Positions 58,932-64,000 of a DNA stretch of 64,000 nt are shown piece by piece. The translations under genes were made by a program, and so were the position numbers. The notes beneath the pieces are model-generated. The model made no database searches. It was not told the origin of the DNA and saw only the letters and a list, made by a program, of their open reading frames with translations. Source of the DNA: Candidatus Spongiisociaceae bacterium (GTDB lineage Bacteria > Actinomycetota > Acidimicrobiia > Spongiisociales > Spongiisociaceae); assembly GCA_965219685.1 (NCBI GenBank), contig CBDCOH010000002.1:2592001-2656000 (forward strand), read 5' to 3'. The first letter of the stretch is position 1, and each line of letters starts with the position of its first letter.

Positions 58932-59615
58932 ATGCCCCGAATTCGTGCAGCCAGCATCGCAGAGCACAAGGTCATCACGCGGGCGCTCATCCTGGAGATG
59001 GCCCAAGAGTTGTTCGCTACCTGGGGATACCAGGACACATCCTTCGGAGACATCGCAGCGGCTGCGGGCGTCGGCCGCACAACCCTCTACGACTACTTCG
59101 CCGACAAGGACGACCTCCTGGCGTCACTGGTCGAAGAGACCCTGCCCCCGACAATCAAGGCGATGGTCGAGACGGTCCCCCAGAATCTCCCCCCCACCCA
59201 ACGTCTCCACCATCTGATGGCCAGCACCGTCGAGTTCGTCGCTCTGGAACCGACGCTGGGACAGCTGCTCCACCGGGACGTACCGAAGCTGTCGGAGTCG
59301 GCCCAGCAGCGGGTCGCCAACGCACACCAGGCCTTGGCACGAGAATTCGTCGACGCCTACCGCGCGGGTGTCGAAGCCGGAGCCCTGAAACAGCTTCCCC
59401 CCGGCCTTGCGGGCCGTTTCCTCAACGACATGATCATGTCGGCCGCCCAGCTGTTGATCGACTCGGACCACCCGGAGGAGTCCCTCTCGACCGTGACCGA
59501 CGCGATGAGCGACCTGATATTCAATGGCCTGGCCAGGCGGGAGCCGCTCCGGAAGGCCATGACAAATGCGGACACGTGTGGAAGACTGAGATCCGAGCGA
59601 ACCAATGGTCACTGA
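58932..59615 (+). CDS. TetR/AcrR family transcriptional regulator
   Basis: GYQDTSFGDIAAAAGVGRTTLYDYFADK helix-turn-helix. Confidence 0.92.
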   Translation: MPRIRAASIAEHKVITRALILEMAQELFATWGYQDTSFGDIAAAAGVGRTTLYDYFADKDDLLASLVEETLPPTIKAMVETVPQNLPPTQRLHHLMASTVEFVALEPTLGQLLHRDVPKLSESAQQRVANAHQALAREFVDAYRAGVEAGALKQLPPGLAGRFLNDMIMSAAQLLIDSDHPEESLSTVTDAMSDLIFNGLARREPLRKAMTNADTCGRLRSERTNGH

Positions 59616-61662
59616 GGAAGCCGCCCACACAGCCGAACCATTCTTGATCCGGGAGTTGTCCCTGCTCGAGTTCGTACGTCGCGTGCTGGCCCAAGCCGAA
59701 AGGGAGCGCACACCGCTGCTCGAGCGCGTCAGGTACGTAGCCATCGTGAGCGAGCTGATAGACGAGATCTACCAGGTTCGTGTCGCAGGACTCGACGAGC
59801 AGGTTGCGGCGGGCTTCGTGAGCCGTTCCCGGGGTGGGGTCACCGCTCCCGAACTCCTCGACCGGATCCGTAGCGTGGTCAGCGAGATCTGCGAATACCA
59901 GAGCGCTGTGTTCCGTGAGGAAATCCAACCCGCCCTCGAGAGGGTCGGAGTCCGGGTACTCCTCTGGGACGGGCTTGACGAGACCGACCGCGAGTACCTG
60001 AGCGGCGTGTTCCACGAGCAGGTCTACCCGGTCCTGACACCCTTGGCGGTCGATCCGGCGCACCCCTTCCCCTACATCTCGAACCTTTCGATGAACCTCG
60101 CGATCATGGTTCGAGAGCCGGAGACGGGCATCCAACGCTTCGCCCGGGTCAAGGTTCCGCCGATCCTCCCCCGGTTCATCGAGTTGCCCGAAGAGAGGGG
60201 ATTCGTCCCGCTCGAACAGCTCATCTCTGCACATCTGCACGAGCTTTTCCCCGGTATGGACGTCACGGAGTGCCATCCGTTCCGGCTCACCCGTAACACC
60301 GACTACCAGATCGCCGAGTTCGAAACCAGCGACCTACTGGAAGCCCTGAAGTCGGAACTCGGGCGCCGCCGAAGAGGACAGGTGATGCGGCTCGAGGTCG
60401 AGCGCGACATCGATCCCGACGTGCTGCACCTGCTCATGCGCGAGTTGGAGATCAAGGACCGTCATGTCTACCGGATTTCGGGGTTGCTGGGTCTCGGGTC
60501 TCTGACAACCCTCGCTGACCTGGATCTGCCAGAACACAGATGGAAGCCCTTCCCACCGGTGGTCCCGGCCCGCATATCGGGCAACCACGACTTCTTCAGG
60601 ATGATCAGCAAGGGGGACCTGCTCGTCCATCACCCTTACGAGTCGTTCGCAGCTTCGACCGCCGAGTTCGTCCACCAAGCCGCCCACGACCCTCATGTGC
60701 TCGGGATCAAGCAGACCCTGTACCGCACCTCGCCGGACAGCGCCATCGCCCGTTCGCTCATCACCGCGGCGGAGTTGGGCAAGCAGGTCGTGGCCCTCGT
60801 CGAACTCAAGGCGCGTTTCGATGAGCAACGCAACATCGAACGCGCCCAGGCTCTGGAGGAGGCAGGCGTCCACGTGGTGTACGGCTTGGTGGGGCTCAAG
60901 ACCCACGCCAAGCTGTGCCTGGTCGTTCGCCAGGAGGACGGGAAACTGGCCCGCTACGTGCACACGGCAACAGGCAACTACAACGAACGCACGGCCCGCA
61001 TCTACGAGGACGTAGGCCTTTTCACGAAGGATCCCGACATCGGCGCGGATGTGAGCGACCTGTTCAATCAATTGACCGGGTACAGCAAGCAGAAGTCCTA
61101 CCGCAAGCTGGTGGTTGCCCCGGCCGAACTTCGCTCCCACATCGTCGAGCTGATTTTCCGGGAGGCCGAACAGGAGCAGGGTCACATCGTCGCCAAGCTG
61201 AACGGCTTGGTGGACGAGGAGACGATCATGGCGCTGTATGAGGCGTCGAGGGCCGGGACTCGTATAGACCTCATCGTGCGGGGCGTGTGCTGCCTGCGGC
61301 CGGGGATACCCGGGATGAGCGAGAACATCACGGTCCGTTCCATCGTTGGCCGTTTCCTGGAGCACTCCCGGATCTTCCGGTTCGGCCGACCGGAACGCGG
61401 CTTCCGGTACTACATAGGTTCGGCTGACCTGATGCCGCGCAACCTCGACCGGAGGGTGGAGGCTATGTTCCCCGTCGAGGACCGGGAGGCCCAGCGGCGC
61501 CTGGAGGAGATACTGGACCTCTGCCGAGCGGACGACCACCTTGCTTGGGAACTCCAACACGACGGGTCCTACATACGCCGGGGGTACAGGAACGACGTCG
61601 ACGTCCATCAGGCGCTCATGGACACGGCCCTGCGTCGGTCCAGGTCACTGAGAAAGCGGTAG
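59605..61662 (+). CDS. ppk1: Polyphosphate kinase 1
   Basis: RELSLL, HPFPYISN, HHPYESF, ELKARFDE, KTHAK and RFLEHSR. Confidence 0.96.
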   Translation: MVTEEAAHTAEPFLIRELSLLEFVRRVLAQAERERTPLLERVRYVAIVSELIDEIYQVRVAGLDEQVAAGFVSRSRGGVTAPELLDRIRSVVSEICEYQSAVFREEIQPALERVGVRVLLWDGLDETDREYLSGVFHEQVYPVLTPLAVDPAHPFPYISNLSMNLAIMVREPETGIQRFARVKVPPILPRFIELPEERGFVPLEQLISAHLHELFPGMDVTECHPFRLTRNTDYQIAEFETSDLLEALKSELGRRRRGQVMRLEVERDIDPDVLHLLMRELEIKDRHVYRISGLLGLGSLTTLADLDLPEHRWKPFPPVVPARISGNHDFFRMISKGDLLVHHPYESFAASTAEFVHQAAHDPHVLGIKQTLYRTSPDSAIARSLITAAELGKQVVALVELKARFDEQRNIERAQALEEAGVHVVYGLVGLKTHAKLCLVVRQEDGKLARYVHTATGNYNERTARIYEDVGLFTKDPDIGADVSDLFNQLTGYSKQKSYRKLVVAPAELRSHIVELIFREAEQEQGHIVAKLNGLVDEETIMALYEASRAGTRIDLIVRGVCCLRPGIPGMSENITVRSIVGRFLEHSRIFRFGRPERGFRYYIGSADLMPRNLDRRVEAMFPVEDREAQRRLEEILDLCRADDHLAWELQHDGSYIRRGYRNDVDVHQALMDTALRRSRSLRKR

Positions 61663-61666
61663 GCCG

Positions 61667-62149
61667 ATGCCGACGTTAATGCTGCTCCGGCACGCCAAGT
61701 CCGACTGGAGGGCCGACTACGGACACGACCGGGACCGGCCTCTCAACAAACGCGGGGTTCGATCAGCCCGGGCAATCGGCCGGTTCGTGGAGCGCTACGG
61801 ACTGGTTCCGGACCTGGTCCTGACATCGCCGGCGGTCCGGACCGCCACCACTGCCGACCTGGCTGCGGAGGCGGGAACCTGGAAGAGCGAGATCGTGGCC
61901 GTGCCGGACCTGTATGGCGCCGAGCCTAACCGTCTGCTCAGCTTGGTAAGGGGGATCAACGACGTGGACCGTGTGATGGTGGTAGGACACGAACCCACCA
62001 TGTCCGGTTTCTTGGGCCGGATGACGGGCAGCCATCTCCGGGTTCCGACCGCCACGCTGACTTGCCTGCGCCTCTTCTATAGCCGCTGGGCGGACTTGGG
62101 ATGGGGGACCGCCGAAGTCGAGTTGTACATAAGACCGCGCTTACTCTAA
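61667..62149 (+). CDS. sixA: SixA-like histidine phosphatase
   Basis: LLRHAKS, DRPL, SPAVRT and VGHEP. Confidence 0.88.
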   Translation: MPTLMLLRHAKSDWRADYGHDRDRPLNKRGVRSARAIGRFVERYGLVPDLVLTSPAVRTATTADLAAEAGTWKSEIVAVPDLYGAEPNRLLSLVRGINDVDRVMVVGHEPTMSGFLGRMTGSHLRVPTATLTCLRLFYSRWADLGWGTAEVELYIRPRLL

Positions 62150-62413
62150 AGAATTGGTCCAGGACACAAGTCTAGCTTTTTATCTATGGTGTACTAAACC
62201 GCACAGTTGTGCTGTGGTCCAGCCGCGTTCGTCAGCCGGTGACCGTCAGTACTCTCCTGATGTGCTCAGGTAGCTCTAGAACTTCCATCGGTCTCTTGCG
62301 TAAGATGAAAGCGAAGCGGTTTTGCGTCCCCGGCCCGCGTTCCGGTGTAAGTGCACTCGAACTCTCCCACCATTGGATACCGTACAAGGCCGATCGGTCC
62401 GTTAACCTGCTAC

Positions 62414-64000
62414 ATGATCGAGGCGATTGTCGAAGTGGACCCCCCAAGCACACCCTTGCTAGACCGGATCAGAGGACCTGAGGATCTTAGGCGGTTCGAG
62501 ACCCGCGACTTGACGCGCCTCGCCTCCGAGATCCGAAGGCTCATAATCGCGACTGTGAATCGCAACGGGGGCCATTTGGGATCCAACCTGGGAATAGTCG
62601 AGTTGACCATCGCCCTCCACCGTGTGTTCGAGTCTCCCCACGACGTAATCCTTTTCGACACCGGTCATCAGACCTACCCGCACAAGCTTCTCACCGGCAG
62701 GCGCGAGGCATTCGACAGCCTCCGAAGTCCCGGGGGAATGTCCGGGTATCCCAGCCGGGTCGAGTCGTCCCACGACTGGATTGAAAACAGCCACGCGTCC
62801 ACCGCCCTCGCGTACGCACACGGACTGGCGACCGCAGTCAAGGCAAGAGGGGAGGACCGCCAGGTGGTCGCGGTGATAGGAGACGGCTCGTTGACCGGGG
62901 GAATGGCGCTCGAGGGCCTCAACAACCTCGGTCACTCCAGCAGTGACGTGACGATTATTCTCAACGACAACGGCCGCTCCTACGCTCCTACCATTTCAAA
63001 ACTGTCGGAGAGTCTGATCAAGCTCCGCGCCAGCCCCGCATACATGCGAAGGCAGGAGCGCATCGAACAGATTGCCGAATCGGTTCCATGGGTCGGAGAC
63101 ATGCTTCGCCGTGGAATCGACGCCACCAAGATGGCAATACGCCACATGTGGGATCCGCCCGCCATCTTCGAGCAGCTAGGTATTCACTATGTCGGACCCT
63201 ACAACGGCCACGAGATAGCGGAACTCGAGAAGGTTCTGGAGAAGGTGAAGCTGTTCGACGGACCAACTGTGGTCCATGTGATCACCCAGAAGGGCCGCGG
63301 ATACAAACCGGCGGAGAGGGACCCGATCAAGAACATGCACGACCTCTCGTCGATCAAGCAGGGCAGCTACACGGCGGCCTTCGGCGAGCATCTGGTGCGT
63401 ATGGGCGAACGGCACCCGGAATTGGTCGCGGTCACTGCTGCCATGCCCGACTCCACGGGGCTACTGCCTTTCCTGGACCGGTTTCCCGACCGCGCCTTCG
63501 ATGTAGGCATCGCGGAGCAACACGCGGTCACCATGGCCAGCGGGATGGCGATGGGAGGAATGCGCCCGATCGTGGCCATCTACTCGACATTCCTCACCCG
63601 GGCCCTCGATCAGATAAACCTCGACACCGCCCTGCACCGCTGCCCGGTGGTGTTCTGCATCGACCGCGCCGGCATCACCGGGGACGACGGAGCTTCGCAT
63701 CACGGAACCCTGGACATGGTGCTTCTCTCCAAGATCCCGGGCATGACGATCTTCGCGCCCTCATCCTACGAGGAACTCCCGGTGATGCTGGATACCGCCC
63801 TGGAAACCACCTATGGCCCCTGTGCCATCCGTTGGCCCAAGACCGCGGCGCCAAGGGTGTCTCCAGACCAGGTGGGCTCCGGGCTGTCGGCGCGCCGCGC
63901 CCGGGAAGGCTCCGATGTGTGCCTCATCGGGATAGGGAAGATGCTCGCGACCGCCTCCGAAGCCGCCGATCGGCTCGAATCCGAGGGGATCAGTTGCTCG
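62414..64000 (+). CDS. dxs: 1-deoxy-D-xylulose-5-phosphate synthase (runs off the window end)
   Basis: Not in the ORF track; translates to GGHLGSNLGIVELT, DTGHQTYPHK, GDGSLTGG, LNDNG, DVGIAEQHA and IDRAGITGDDG. Confidence 0.95.
   Translation, partial: MIEAIVEVDPPSTPLLDRIRGPEDLRRFETRDLTRLASEIRRLIIATVNRNGGHLGSNLGIVELTIALHRVFESPHDVILFDTGHQTYPHKLLTGRREAFDSLRSPGGMSGYPSRVESSHDWIENSHASTALAYAHGLATAVKARGEDRQVVAVIGDGSLTGGMALEGLNNLGHSSSDVTIILNDNGRSYAPTISKLSESLIKLRASPAYMRRQERIEQIAESVPWVGDMLRRGIDATKMAIRHMWDPPAIFEQLGIHYVGPYNGHEIAELEKVLEKVKLFDGPTVVHVITQKGRGYKPAERDPIKNMHDLSSIKQGSYTAAFGEHLVRMGERHPELVAVTAAMPDSTGLLPFLDRFPDRAFDVGIAEQHAVTMASGMAMGGMRPIVAIYSTFLTRALDQINLDTALHRCPVVFCIDRAGITGDDGASHHGTLDMVLLSKIPGMTIFAPSSYEELPVMLDTALETTYGPCAIRWPKTAAPRVSPDQVGSGLSARRAREGSDVCLIGIGKMLATASEAADRLESEGISCS

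Noticed and set aside
62232-62453. Small minus-strand ORF between sixA and dxs
   Set aside because: No recognisable motif, and it overlaps the dxs start. A short peptide or sRNA in this 260-bp gap cannot be excluded but is unsupported.

Overview
GC-rich actinobacterial chromosomal window. WhiB, GlnII, the TIGR03252-type HhH protein and pervasive leaderless TANNNT promoters support this; an Acidimicrobiia-like source is inference only. Most of it is housekeeping: pheA, proC, udk, rpmB, amt, pfk, murJ, lysC-asd, selAB, glnII, glcDEF, argS, murA, purA, ppk1, dxs and three tRNAs (Pro-CGG, Phe-GAA, Asp-GTC). Five things stand out. (1) A tightly coupled operon at 1-5706 joins a nucleoside-type ABC transporter, a Qng1/DUF2419 queuosine-salvage hydrolase, an MFS transporter and an IUNH nucleoside hydrolase; it is a candidate queuosine uptake/salvage module. 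(2) A family of at least 8 intergenic period-7 repeat elements often starts at a stop codon, and four copies share a G(T/A)TCTA junction between G-rich and C-rich arms. (3) A convergent type II-like restriction-modification pair. (4) An RHH-MNT/HEPN toxin-antitoxin module whose toxin active-site motif is out of frame. (5) An orphan membrane protein with eight 33-bp (11-residue) repeats. No CRISPR array, rRNA, integrase or transposase was seen. All family assignments come from motif recognition by eye, not database searches.
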